Assembly (NCBI GenBank): GCA_900759475.1
Contig: CAAEVK010000039.1
Coordinates: forward strand, 7,157 to 71,156
Direction: 5' to 3'
DNA length: 64,000 bases
Origin: Clostridia bacterium
GTDB lineage: Bacteria > Bacillota > Clostridia > TANB77 > CAG-508
Made by a program: the position numbers and the translations under genes. The notes under the pieces are model-generated. The model was given only the letters and a program-made list of their open reading frames with translations, made no database searches and had not been told where the DNA came from. Shown in pieces: positions 29,734-41,050 of this stretch (position 1 is its first letter; each line of letters starts with the position of its first letter).

Positions 29734-31263
29734 ATGAAGAAAAATGTAAAATTTGCAAGTGTATTAATTATTGCAGTAATTATATTATTAGCTTTTACGT
29801 TATATGAAGCAGAATTAATAAAACCAATTAGTTCACAATTTATTTTTTTAACAATAATTATAACAGCAATTGTTATATTAATGAGTGTTTGTATTTATAA
29901 AGAAAAAAATTTAACAATAGAAAGAGCTTTTAAGTTTGTAATACCGCTCATTTGCATTATGTTTTTTATAGCAATGCCAATGTTTAGAAATCATGATGAA
30001 GATACACATTGGCTAAGAATTTATGACATTGCTAATGGAAATCTTTTTGTTCCTACAGAACATGGACATCTTTTCCAAGAAGGAGCAACTAATTATCCTG
30101 CTACAGTTATTCCTAAAGCAGTGTTTGATATTATAGATAGAGAAAAAACAGCAGGACATAATTTAAGAGAGTTATATCAATATACAATTAATGAGGAAGA
30201 AACAACAGTGGTAGGATTACCTACCGAGGCATTATATTCACCATTACAATATATACCACAAGTCGCAGGAACTCTCATTGCTAAAATTTTTACTAATCGC
30301 CCTATTATTATGGCTTATGCAGCAAGGCTAGTTAACATGCTTACAACAATTGTAATTTTATATTTTGCGATGAAATTAATGCCTTTTGGTAAGAAGATTT
30401 TTCTGGTTATTATGGCAATACCAATTGCAGTAGAAGGATTTACATCGTTATCTTCTGATGCAATGACTATTTCAATTGCCATGTTGTTAATAGCTTATAT
30501 TTTTAATATTATATTTAATTATAATAAAAAGATGGTTACTTGGAAAGATAAAGTTATTTTAGGAGCTTTATGTATTATTATTGCTTTATGTAAAATTGTA
30601 TATTTACCATTAGTGGGATTATTATTGCTGTTGCCAAGAGAAAAATTTACTTCTAAAAAAGAAAAGATTGTAACCATTATCGTATTAATTACAATTGCTA
30701 CAATCATTAATTTAAGCTGGTTATATATATCAAGTCAATATTTAGCTGAATACAAAGAAGGAAGACCAGTAGAACAAGTTCAAAAATTATTAGCCAATCC
30801 AATTGAATTTTTTAAAATAGTATTTCATTCTATTAACTTAAATGGAAATAAGTATTTAATGTCAATGTTTGGAGGGGAATTAGGACTAAATGAACATGTT
30901 ATTTTACATACAATTACTCCATATGTATTCCTATTTTTATGTTTAACATTAGGAATAATAGACAATGACATTAAACATAAACTATCGAGGTTTCAAAATT
31001 GGATTATTGCACTCATTATTTTAGCAATAACAGCTTTAATATTTACGAGTTTATTTATTCAATGGACACCAACGGAAAATACTAGTATTGCTGGAATACA
31101 AGGAAGATACTTTTTACCTTTTTTACCTCTTGCCATTTTGCTAATGGGAAATTTAAAGATAAAAGCAGATTACAAAGAAGAGAAAACTGTTAAATTTATT
31201 AGTATTACAATATTATTAATGCAAATTAATGTTATATTATCAATATTAAGTAGAAATATGTAA
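29734..31263 (+). CDS. large polytopic membrane protein, DUF2142-like (putative GT-C type glycosyltransferase)
   Basis: 509 aa, more than 10 TM segments, early HDEDTHW loop motif. Confidence 0.45.
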   Translation: MKKNVKFASVLIIAVIILLAFTLYEAELIKPISSQFIFLTIIITAIVILMSVCIYKEKNLTIERAFKFVIPLICIMFFIAMPMFRNHDEDTHWLRIYDIANGNLFVPTEHGHLFQEGATNYPATVIPKAVFDIIDREKTAGHNLRELYQYTINEEETTVVGLPTEALYSPLQYIPQVAGTLIAKIFTNRPIIMAYAARLVNMLTTIVILYFAMKLMPFGKKIFLVIMAIPIAVEGFTSLSSDAMTISIAMLLIAYIFNIIFNYNKKMVTWKDKVILGALCIIIALCKIVYLPLVGLLLLLPREKFTSKKEKIVTIIVLITIATIINLSWLYISSQYLAEYKEGRPVEQVQKLLANPIEFFKIVFHSINLNGNKYLMSMFGGELGLNEHVILHTITPYVFLFLCLTLGIIDNDIKHKLSRFQNWIIALIILAITALIFTSLFIQWTPTENTSIAGIQGRYFLPFLPLAILLMGNLKIKADYKEEKTVKFISITILLMQINVILSILSRNM

Positions 31264-31286
31264 GAAATGAAATAGGAGAGTCAGAA

Positions 31287-31844
31287 ATGAATTTATTATT
31301 ACATACTTGTTGTGCACCTTGTAGTGTATATTGCATTGACAGATTAAGAGAAGAAAAAATAGAGCCAACTGTGTATTGGTATAATCCTAATATTCACCCT
31401 TATACAGAATATAAAGTAAGAAGGGATACTTTAAAGGATTATACTACTTCTATTGGAGTGAAATCTATATTTTATGAAGAATATGGATTAAGAGAATTTT
31501 GTAAAAATACAATTAATGATTTAGAAAATAGATGTATTAATTATTGTTATCAAGTGCGTTTAGAAAAAACTGTACAATATGCAAAAGACAATGGATATGA
31601 TGCTTTTTCAACAACACTTTTAATTAGTCCATACCAACAACATGAAGAATTAAAAAATCTTTGTGAACAATTGGCAAAAAAATATAAAATAAATTTCTTT
31701 TATGAAGATTTTAGAATTGGCTTTAGACAAGGACAAACAAAAGCAAGAGAATTGGGACTATATATGCAAAAATATTGTGGCTGTATTTTTTCAGAGGAAG
31801 ATAGGTATGCTAAACAGATTGAAAAAGATAAAAATAATATATAA
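31287..31844 (+). CDS. queH: epoxyqueuosine reductase QueH
   Basis: LLHTCCAPCS...YWYNPNIHPYTEY...YCGCIFS (DUF208 signature). Confidence 0.85.
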   Translation: MNLLLHTCCAPCSVYCIDRLREEKIEPTVYWYNPNIHPYTEYKVRRDTLKDYTTSIGVKSIFYEEYGLREFCKNTINDLENRCINYCYQVRLEKTVQYAKDNGYDAFSTTLLISPYQQHEELKNLCEQLAKKYKINFFYEDFRIGFRQGQTKARELGLYMQKYCGCIFSEEDRYAKQIEKDKNNI

Positions 31845-31904
31845 TTAAAACAAGAATTAGTTATTTATCCAAAAGATTGAATTATAAAATGAAAGGGGAT
31901 TAAT

Positions 31905-34526
31905 ATGGAAAAGATAAAAAAAGTGTGGATAAAATATAGAAAATTTTTAATAGCACCATTAGGGGTTTCATTTATTTTATTGTTATTATATGCTATAAAA
32001 GGAATATACCCATTTGGAAATATGACAATTGCTAATGCAGATATGGGACAATCCTATATGACGTTCTATCATTTTTTATATGATGTAATTCATAATGGAA
32101 AAAATATATTTTACGACTATGCTTTAGGAATGGGGTCTAATATGTATGGAGGATTTATTATAGATGGTCTATTTAATCCTCTTACATGGATTATTTTATT
32201 AACAAATAGGGAAAATATTGCTAATATGTTTTCTTTTATTTTAATTTTGAAAGTTGCTTTTATTGCTTTAACATCTTTTATTTTATTTAATAAATTATTT
32301 AAAAAGAATCAATACTATAATATTGTTTTTAGCATGTTATATGCCTTATCGGCTTATGTGTTAATGTATAATACCAATATTATGTGGTTAGATGTTGTAG
32401 GAATATTTCCTTTATTTATACTAGCAATTAAATACATGTTTGAAACAAATAAAATATATTGGTATGCCATTTGCTTAACACTTATGCTCATATTTAATTA
32501 TAATTTGGCTTATATGGTATTGATGTTTATTATTTTTGTATTACCAATCTATGTTAAGTTTGGTTTACCAAAAGAGAAAAGAAAAAAAGCAATTTATAAC
32601 ATTATAATAGGAACAGTTTTGTCTGTTGGATTGTCTGCATTTGCTTTTATACCAGCTTTTATGCAAACAATGTCTTCTTATAGGATGTCTGGTGCTACAA
32701 GCAATACTGTTGAAAATACAAATATTTTATTTAAAATTGTGGTATTTTTATTTTATGCTATGCCTTTATATGGTTTTATAAAATGGTTAAAATACTATAA
32801 ACAAGACAAACAAAATATTTGCATGATATTACTTGCTTTGGCATTTACAGCAATTATTCCTATTATTTTTGAAAGAGTAAATTTATTATGGCATACAGGA
32901 AGTTATCAATGTTTTCCATATAGATATGGATTCATTCCTACTTTAATTTTATATTTAGGAGCATTGCAATATTTTGCTAACCATAGTAAATCAGAAAAAA
33001 TAGATGAGGAATATAAGAAAAAATGGTTACAATGTTTTGCAATTATATTATGGATAATAGCTGTGTTTGTACAGATTGTAAATGTCATTTCTATTAATCA
33101 ATCAAACCCAGCATTTGAACTTTCTTTTAAAAGTTTTATACTTATTTTAATCCCTACGATATTAATGCTTTTTGTCGTAAAAACAATACATAGTGTAGAG
33201 AATGAACTTAGTAAAAAAGTTTTATTAACAGGTATGATACTAGTAGAATTGTTAGTGTATTCTTATGCATATATAGGAGTATATCCTGAATATAGAGGAG
33301 GAAGAGAATGGTCTGATGAACAAATTTTTACTTCTTATGAAATTGCTAGTGCATTTGAAATAAAAGACACACAATATCGAATAAAAGATTTAACAGGATT
33401 AACTAGTGAAAATTGTCCATTAGTATATAATATTCCTTCTATGTCTACTTTTTTGCATATTATTAGTAAAGAACAAGTAATTAATGCAGAACAAATGGGA
33501 TATTCTCATAATAGAACAAAGCTAAATGATTTTGGAGGTACTGTTTTTTCTGATGCAATATATGGAATAAAATATATATTAACAAAAGAAAATTTACCAG
33601 ATGAAGTTTATCAATATATTAAAACGAATGAAGAAGGGATTAAATTATATGAATATAGAAATACTTTGCCAATTGGCTTGGTATATAAAAATGAAGTAAG
33701 TGATATCCCAGATAATTTGGGAGTTTTCGAAACACAAAATTATGTATATCAAAATTTCTTTGGCAAACAGGATTCACTAATAAATGTAATTGATAGTAAT
33801 TCCATAAAAACAAAACAAGATGAAAAAAAATATCAATATACTTTAGAAATAAAAGATAAATCAATTTTATATGTATATGGAAAAAATATTATTATTAATC
33901 ATATTATTGTAAATGGAAAAGAAAAAATAATTCCAACATTAAATGATCAAGAAAATACAATTTATCCATTAGCAAACAACAATGGGATATTAGATTTAGG
34001 AATCTATGAAAATCAAACAGTTACTATATCAATAGATAAAATAATAGGAAGTAGCCTTGAAGAATTGAAATTTGGAGTCTTAAATTTAGAAAAATATAAT
34101 GAAATATTTAAACAAGATTTTGTTCCTATAAAAATTGATATCAATGGTAATCAAATGACAATAACAGGGGAACTAAAAAAAGGAACGAAGTTATTTATTC
34201 CAATTAATTATGACAAAGGATGGAAAGTAATAAGTGATAATACAACAGAAATAAAAAGAATTTATCATAATTTTATAGGACTAAATTTAAAAGAAGGACA
34301 GAATAATATAAAGTTAGAATTCATGCCAAATTTATATAAAGAAAGTGCTATTATTACAATTATTACCATTATAGTGATGATAATTCTATATTTAATAGGA
34401 AAAAAATTTGAAATACGAAATGTTACTTGGGTAATGAATATTTTTTGGATACTAGGACTTGTAATTTACTTTGGATGCCTATGGAAAATATATATTATGA
34501 GTATTGTGAATACATTTATTTTTTGA
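31905..34526 (+). CDS. YfhO family membrane glycosyltransferase
   Basis: 873 aa. N-terminal YPFGNMTIANADMGQSYMTFYHFLYD and the multi-TM plus C-terminal extracellular domain layout of YfhO. Confidence 0.75.
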   Translation: MEKIKKVWIKYRKFLIAPLGVSFILLLLYAIKGIYPFGNMTIANADMGQSYMTFYHFLYDVIHNGKNIFYDYALGMGSNMYGGFIIDGLFNPLTWIILLTNRENIANMFSFILILKVAFIALTSFILFNKLFKKNQYYNIVFSMLYALSAYVLMYNTNIMWLDVVGIFPLFILAIKYMFETNKIYWYAICLTLMLIFNYNLAYMVLMFIIFVLPIYVKFGLPKEKRKKAIYNIIIGTVLSVGLSAFAFIPAFMQTMSSYRMSGATSNTVENTNILFKIVVFLFYAMPLYGFIKWLKYYKQDKQNICMILLALAFTAIIPIIFERVNLLWHTGSYQCFPYRYGFIPTLILYLGALQYFANHSKSEKIDEEYKKKWLQCFAIILWIIAVFVQIVNVISINQSNPAFELSFKSFILILIPTILMLFVVKTIHSVENELSKKVLLTGMILVELLVYSYAYIGVYPEYRGGREWSDEQIFTSYEIASAFEIKDTQYRIKDLTGLTSENCPLVYNIPSMSTFLHIISKEQVINAEQMGYSHNRTKLNDFGGTVFSDAIYGIKYILTKENLPDEVYQYIKTNEEGIKLYEYRNTLPIGLVYKNEVSDIPDNLGVFETQNYVYQNFFGKQDSLINVIDSNSIKTKQDEKKYQYTLEIKDKSILYVYGKNIIINHIIVNGKEKIIPTLNDQENTIYPLANNNGILDLGIYENQTVTISIDKIIGSSLEELKFGVLNLEKYNEIFKQDFVPIKIDINGNQMTITGELKKGTKLFIPINYDKGWKVISDNTTEIKRIYHNFIGLNLKEGQNNIKLEFMPNLYKESAIITIITIIVMIILYLIGKKFEIRNVTWVMNIFWILGLVIYFGCLWKIYIMSIVNTFIF

Positions 34527-34626
34527 ATAGAAATATCAAATACTTAAAAATAAAGAAAAAAGTAAATTAATAAAAAATTTATTAACTGTTTGTATATAAA
34601 GAATACTAAAGGAGAGATTATTCAAA

Positions 34627-37308
34627 ATGGAAAAATTAGTTTTAATTGATGGGAATAGTATTATTAATAGGGCTTTTTATGGGATAATGGGGAGTAAAAC
34701 ATTAATGACAAAAGATGGAACATATACAAATGGGATTTTTGGATTTTTGGCAATTTATTTTAAAATTTTAGAAGACATTAATCCAGAGTATGTTGCTATT
34801 ACTTTTGATTTAAAAGCACCAACTAAAAGACATGAATTATATGAACAATACAAAGGAAATAGAAAACCTATGCCAGAAGAATTGGCAGTACAAATGCCAA
34901 TTTTAAAAGAAATTTTAAGAGCAATGCAAATAGATATTATTGAAAAACAGGGATATGAAGCTGATGATATTTTAGGAACACTTGCTAAATTTGGAAAAAA
35001 ACAAAAATTAGATGTTACAATTCTAACAGGAGATAGAGATGCATTTCAATTAATTGAAGATGGTATTAAAGTAAGAATTCCTAGAACAAAAATGGGGAAA
35101 ACGGAGAGCCAAGATTATACATTAGAGAAAATTAAAGAAGAATACGGAATATCTCCTAAAAAGTTAATTGAAGTTAAAGGATTAATGGGAGATAGTTCAG
35201 ACAATATTCCAGGTGTACCAGGAATTGGAGAAAAAACAGCTTTAGAGTTAGTTAAAAAATACTCATCTATTGATAAACTATATGAAAAACTAGAGAATAA
35301 TGAAGATGATATAAAAGGAAAATTAAGAGAAAAATTAATCCAAAATAAAGAATTAGCTTATTTATCTAGAACATTAGGAACTATTAATATAGAAGTACCT
35401 ATTCAAAAAGATTTACAAGAAATGAAAAGAAAGGAATGGGACTATCAATTAGTATACCAACTTTTTAAAAAATTAGGTTTTCATCGTTTTATTGAAAGGT
35501 TTCATTTAAATACAACTGGTGGCATTACAGCCACAGAGGAATATGAAGTAGAATTGTTAGAAGATGATAAGCAAATACAAGTTCTAAAAAACACTATTAT
35601 GGAAAACAAGCAATTATTCTACTATTTAGATAAACTTCCTATGAGCCAAAATAAAATTGTTGAAAAACAAGTAAATGGAATTTATGTCTATGTAGTCGAA
35701 AAAAATAAAGTTTATTATATACAAGATATAAAAAAACTAAAAAAAATTTTTCAAGACCCAGAAATTTTAAAATGTAGTTATAAACTAAAAGAGGATTATT
35801 GCATTTTAAAACAAAATGAAATTTTGACACAAAATATGATGTTTGATATAGAATTAGCAGCTTATTTATTGAATTCTACCAAAAGCCAATATACAATTGA
35901 AAGTATTAGCAAAGAATATTTGGGGATTGACATTGAAAGCAAAAATATAAAAGAGGATAATATGCAGATGAATTTATTTGCTGTTCCTGAACAAGATAGT
36001 AAGTTAGACAAAAAAAAGGCAGCATATGCCTATGCTATAGGCAAACTACATCCACTTCTTATTGAAAAAATGAAAAAAGACAAATGTTATTCTTTATTTG
36101 AAGAAATAGAAATGCCACTTTCAGAAGTATTAGCAGAAATGCAATATACAGGAATTTATGTAGATAAAGAAGAATTACTAATTTACGGAAAAGTATTACA
36201 AGAACAATTGAAAACATTATCAACAGAGATTTATCAACTAGCAGGAGAAGAATTTAACATTAATTCTCCAAAACAATTAGGAGAAATTCTATTTGAAAAA
36301 TTAAAGCTACCAGTACAAAAGAAGAAAAAAACAGGTTATTCAACAGATGTAGAGGTATTAGAAAAAATCAAAAAAGAGCATCCTATTATTGAAAAAATAT
36401 TAGAATATCGACAAGTTGCAAAACTAAACTCTACTTATGTAGAAGGGCTAATTTCCTATATTAATCCAATAACAAATAGAATTCATTCTCATTTTCATCA
36501 AACGGTTACTGCAACTGGAAGAATTAGCAGTACAGATCCAAATCTTCAAAATATTCCAACGAGAATGGAATTGGGAAGACAGTTAAGAAAAATATTTAAA
36601 GCAGAGAAAGCAAATTCTTTATTTTTAGATGCAGATTATTCACAAATAGAATTAAGGGTATTAGCACATATTTCAAAAGATGAAACAATGATAAAAGCAT
36701 TTAATCATAATGAAGACATTCACTCACAAGCAGCTTCTAAAGTATTTGGTATACCAATAGAAAATGTTACAAAGGAATTAAGAAGCAAAGCAAAAGCAGT
36801 TAATTTTGGAATTGTTTATGGAATTAGTGATTTTGGTTTAGCAGAGCAAATTGGCTCTACAAAAAAAGAGGCAAAACAATACATTGAACAATACCTAGAA
36901 AAATATAGTGGAATTAAACAATTTATGACAGATATTATTGAACAAGCAAAATTAAAAGGATATGTAGAAACTTTATACAAAAGAAGAAGATATATTCCTG
37001 AATTAAAGTCTAGTAATTATATGGTAAGGCAATTTGGTGCAAGAGTTGCTATGAATACTCCTATTCAGGGAACAGCAGCAGATATTATGAAGATAGCGAT
37101 GATTCATGTATACCAAGAACTAAAAAGTAAACAACTAAAATCGAAAATTGTTTTACAAATTCATGACGAATTACTGATAGAAACTTTTGAAGAGGAAAAA
37201 GAGATTGTAAAAAATATCTTGCAAAAAGGCATGGAAAATGCTATAAAATTAAAAGTACCTTTACAAGTAGAAGTAGAGGAAGGAAAAAGTTGGTTTGATG
37301 CCAAGTAA
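34627..37308 (+). CDS. polA: DNA polymerase I
   Basis: 5' nuclease (LIDGNSIINRAFY, GDSSDNIPGVPGIGEKTA) and polymerase motifs (DYSQIELRVLAH, RSKAKAVNFGIVYG, QIHDEL). Confidence 0.95.
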   Translation: MEKLVLIDGNSIINRAFYGIMGSKTLMTKDGTYTNGIFGFLAIYFKILEDINPEYVAITFDLKAPTKRHELYEQYKGNRKPMPEELAVQMPILKEILRAMQIDIIEKQGYEADDILGTLAKFGKKQKLDVTILTGDRDAFQLIEDGIKVRIPRTKMGKTESQDYTLEKIKEEYGISPKKLIEVKGLMGDSSDNIPGVPGIGEKTALELVKKYSSIDKLYEKLENNEDDIKGKLREKLIQNKELAYLSRTLGTINIEVPIQKDLQEMKRKEWDYQLVYQLFKKLGFHRFIERFHLNTTGGITATEEYEVELLEDDKQIQVLKNTIMENKQLFYYLDKLPMSQNKIVEKQVNGIYVYVVEKNKVYYIQDIKKLKKIFQDPEILKCSYKLKEDYCILKQNEILTQNMMFDIELAAYLLNSTKSQYTIESISKEYLGIDIESKNIKEDNMQMNLFAVPEQDSKLDKKKAAYAYAIGKLHPLLIEKMKKDKCYSLFEEIEMPLSEVLAEMQYTGIYVDKEELLIYGKVLQEQLKTLSTEIYQLAGEEFNINSPKQLGEILFEKLKLPVQKKKKTGYSTDVEVLEKIKKEHPIIEKILEYRQVAKLNSTYVEGLISYINPITNRIHSHFHQTVTATGRISSTDPNLQNIPTRMELGRQLRKIFKAEKANSLFLDADYSQIELRVLAHISKDETMIKAFNHNEDIHSQAASKVFGIPIENVTKELRSKAKAVNFGIVYGISDFGLAEQIGSTKKEAKQYIEQYLEKYSGIKQFMTDIIEQAKLKGYVETLYKRRRYIPELKSSNYMVRQFGARVAMNTPIQGTAADIMKIAMIHVYQELKSKQLKSKIVLQIHDELLIETFEEEKEIVKNILQKGMENAIKLKVPLQVEVEEGKSWFDAK

Positions 37309-37332
37309 TACAAAAGAATAAGGAGAAATAAA

Positions 37333-37893
37333 GTGAAAAAGAAAATAATTATTCTATGTATATTGCTAACATTAATATTTTTAATATTATTTGTTATTAA
37401 AGCTTCTAATATGATATTAAAGCAAATATATCCATTAAAATATGCTAATTACGTAGAAAAATATGCAAAAGAAAATAATTTAGATGTAATGTTAGTATAT
37501 GCTATTATAAAAGCAGAAAGTAATTTTGAACCTAATATAACTTCTACTAGTGGAGCGATGGGACTAATGCAAATAATGGAAAATACAGCAAAAGAAATTG
37601 CTGAAAAAAAAGGAATAGAACTTTTAACGAAAGAAGTCATATATCAACCAGAGCTAAACATTATGCTTGGCACAACTTATTTTGCACAACTTTTAAAAAA
37701 TTATGATGGCAACATTAATTTATCTCTTGCCGCTTATAATGCAGGAATTGGTAATGTTACTAATTGGATAGAAAATGGTATTATTCAGGCAGATGGAAGT
37801 GATATTGAAAATATTCCATTTAAGGAAACAAACAATTATGTAAGAAAAATTTTAAGAGATGATAGAATTTATAGGAAACTGTATGAAGAATAA
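37333..37893 (+). CDS. lytic transglycosylase (SLT domain), membrane anchored
   Basis: AIIKAESNFEPNITSTSGAMGLMQIM...AAYNAG. GTG start with GGAG RBS. Confidence 0.8.
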   Translation: MKKKIIILCILLTLIFLILFVIKASNMILKQIYPLKYANYVEKYAKENNLDVMLVYAIIKAESNFEPNITSTSGAMGLMQIMENTAKEIAEKKGIELLTKEVIYQPELNIMLGTTYFAQLLKNYDGNINLSLAAYNAGIGNVTNWIENGIIQADGSDIENIPFKETNNYVRKILRDDRIYRKLYEE

Positions 37894-37938
37894 TGAAAAA
37901 GTTGATATTTCTGTGCGATAAAAAAGGAGGTAAATAAA

Positions 37939-38949
37939 ATGAGTATTTTAGTTACAGGGGGAGCAGGTTTTATTGGAAGCCACACAGCAGTAGAATTGTT
38001 AAATAGTGGAAAGGATATTGTCATTATTGATGATTTTTCTAATAGCAAACCAACAGCAATAGAAGCTATTAAACAAATAACAGGGAGAAATTTTAACTTT
38101 TATGAAATGAATTATTTAGACAAAGTAGCATTAGAAAAGGTATTTAAAGAAAATAAAATTGAGGCAGTTTTAAACTTTGCAGGTTTTAAAGCGGTAGGGG
38201 AGTCTGTTGAAAAACCAATTGAATATTATATAAACAATGTTTCTGGTGCATTAGTGCTATTAGATACCATGAAAAAGTTTGGAGTAAAGAAGTTTATTTT
38301 TAGCTCTTCTGCAACAGTATATGGAGAACCAGAAAAAATTCCAATTACAGAGGACTGTAAAACAGGGGGGACAACTAATCCTTATGGAACAACAAAGTTA
38401 TTTATTGAACAGATTTTAAAAGACATTTATATATCAGACAATACTTGGGATATTGCAATATTAAGGTATTTTAATCCAGTAGGGGCACATGAAAGTGGAT
38501 TAATAGGAGAAGAACCAAAAGGAAGACCTAACAACTTAATGCCATATGTTGCACGTGTTGCGGCAGGAATATTGCCAGAGCTGTCTATCTATGGAAATGA
38601 TTATCCTACACCAGATGGAACTGGAGTTAGAGACTATATACATGTTGTAGATCTAGCAAAAGGACATCTTAAAGCTCTAGAAAAATTAGAAAAAGAAAAG
38701 TTTGGTTTATATATATATAACTTAGGGACGGGAAACGGTTGTAGCGTATTAGATATGGTAAAAGCATTTGAGAAAGTAACAGCAAAAAAAGTACCATATA
38801 AAATTATACCAAGGCGCGCAGGAGATATTGCCATATGCTATGCAGACCCTAGTAAAGCAAAAAAAGAATTAGGATGGATGGCAGAAAAAACAATAGAAGA
38901 TATGTGCAAAGATTCATGGAATTATATTGAAAAAAATATCTCAAATTAA
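37939..38949 (+). CDS. galE: UDP-glucose 4-epimerase
   Basis: VTGGAGFIGSH, SSSATVYG, YGTTKLFIE, RYFNPVGAH. Confidence 0.9.
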   Translation: MSILVTGGAGFIGSHTAVELLNSGKDIVIIDDFSNSKPTAIEAIKQITGRNFNFYEMNYLDKVALEKVFKENKIEAVLNFAGFKAVGESVEKPIEYYINNVSGALVLLDTMKKFGVKKFIFSSSATVYGEPEKIPITEDCKTGGTTNPYGTTKLFIEQILKDIYISDNTWDIAILRYFNPVGAHESGLIGEEPKGRPNNLMPYVARVAAGILPELSIYGNDYPTPDGTGVRDYIHVVDLAKGHLKALEKLEKEKFGLYIYNLGTGNGCSVLDMVKAFEKVTAKKVPYKIIPRRAGDIAICYADPSKAKKELGWMAEKTIEDMCKDSWNYIEKNISN

Positions 38950-38950
38950 A

Positions 38951-38998
38951 TTATAAAATAATTATCCTCCAATACAATGGAGGATAATTATTTTATAA
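38951..38998. terminator. 20-bp hairpin shared by convergent galE and the asnB-like gene
   Basis: TTATAAAATAATTATCCTCC-N8-GGAGGATAATTATTTTATAA. Overlaps the asnB-like stop. Confidence 0.6.
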
Positions 38999-40843
38999 TT
39001 TAATTTGAGGCTGATATTTTTCAAGCCACATATTTACTTGACACAAATAGGCCATAAGCTGAGGACCAGTCATAAGTTGACCAAACCACGGTCTACCAAA
39101 AGCACTACCATTTGTTTCTAATATTTTTAAAATATAATCCCTATTTAGTAATTCATTGATTGGTGCATTTTTATTTTTTATAATTTGTTCTAGCATTTCT
39201 TTAACTTTAGCTAAATAAGCTGGATTATGTGTTTTAGGATAAGGACTTTTCTTTCTATATACAATTTCTTCTGGTAAAATGTCTTCCATAATATAACGTA
39301 GCAAGCCTTTTTCTCTACCTTTATATGCTTTTATTTCCCATGGAATATTCCACACATATTCTACTAATCTATAATCACAAAAAGGAACTCTAACTTCTAA
39401 TCCACTATACATAGCCATTCTGTCAGTTCTGTCTAATAGTGTTTGCATAAACCAATTTAAATTCAAATGAAAGATTTTTCTTTTTTCAGCAGTTTCAAAA
39501 GTATCACATTCTAATGTTTCTACTTCATTTAAACTTTCTTGATATCGAAAATCAATATATTCTTTTAAGTTGATTTTTTGTGATAAATCTTGATTTAATA
39601 AATTTTGTCTTTCTTCTAAGGCAATTGACCATGGAAAAGTATTGCTCTTCAAAGCATCTTCACGGAAAAACCAAGGATAACCTCCAAAAATTTCATCTGC
39701 ACATTCTCCAGATAAACCTATTGCTACATCAGATTTTACAGCTTTACAGAACAGTAAAAGAGAAGAGTCAACATCTGCCATTCCTGGGAAATCTCTAGCA
39801 ATCATAGCATCCTCTAATGATTTCGCAAGTTCTGGTGTATCAATATAAATTGTGTGGTGATTAGTTCCGTAATAATTTGGCCATAATATTAATATAGTAT
39901 TTATCTGAATTTGGTTGAAACTCATTTTTTACGAAGTTCTTATCATTATCTATGTAGTCTACTGAAAATGTATTTAAAGATGGTTGATGTAGTTTTTGAT
40001 AATACTTATTTGCATAAGTAGTAATAATACTAGAATCTAATCCACCTGACAAGAAAGTACATACAGGAACATCAGAAACTAGTTGTTTTTGAATAGAATC
40101 TTCTAATAAAAATTTGACTGTATCACAAGTAGTTTTAAAATCATCTTGATGTGGTTTACTACGCAATTTCCAATATCTTTCAACGTGTAACCCGTCTTGA
40201 TTATAAATAGCAAAATGGGCAGGTCTTAATTCAAAAATCTTGTCAAATACAGTTGTTCCAGAAGTATGAGCTGGTCCGTAATCCTATTAATTCGCTGATT
40301 CCTTGTTGCGACACAGTTAATGGAAAATTTGGAAATTTTAGAAGTGCTTTAACTTCAGAAGAAAAAAGAAAATAATCATCTAAAATAGAATAATAAAAGG
40401 GTTTTATTCCAAAGTGATCTCTTGCTATAAATAATTCTTTTTTGGCTTCATTCCAAATGATAAAAGCAAAAGTACCATTTAAATAATGAACAAGATTATG
40501 GCCATAATGAATAAAAGCTTTTAATAAAATTTCTGTATCGGAATATCCTTCAAATTCAAAACCATTTTTCAATAAAGTATGTCGCAATTCTTTTGTATTG
40601 TACAATTGACCATTATAACAAATTGTATAAGTATTTTCGCCAATTTTAGCAGTCATAGGTTGTTGACTACCGAACAGAATTAGTTAATAATGGATTATTG
40701 TATCCTAATAAAATATGTTTTTTTTCAAAATAATTTTCCTCCATAGGCTCTTTTTTCAAAAGCGTTTGGCTCATTTTTTCTATTGTGTTATGAAATGATG
40801 TAATATTATCTTTTAGATTAACCATTCCTACAAAACTACCCAT
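38993..40843 (-). CDS. asparagine synthase (AsnB) family protein with a degenerate glutaminase site; needs three +1 frame changes at in-frame CGG codons
   Basis: Four collinear ORF pieces. Sense CGGs occupy plus-strand 40670-40672, 40276-40278 and 39867-39869. Skipping each C gives about 615 aa with GSQQPM, YNGQLYN, LGPAHTSGTTVF, the SGGLDSS PP-loop and LLGTNHHTIYID. The N-terminus is MGSFVG instead of MCG. Confidence 0.75.
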
Positions 40844-41050
40844 TATATAAATCCTCCTTGTAAATTTATTCAAAAATATTATATGCAAAAAAACATATTT
40901 TTTTTATAAAATATCAAAAAAATTTTAAAACATTAGCCTTAAAAAGGTTTACATTTTAGGAAAATTTTTCAAGAATATTCCTAAAAAACATTGATATTTT
41001 TGAATAAATAATATAAAATTTAGAAAGATTATTCTTAAGGAGAGATAAAA

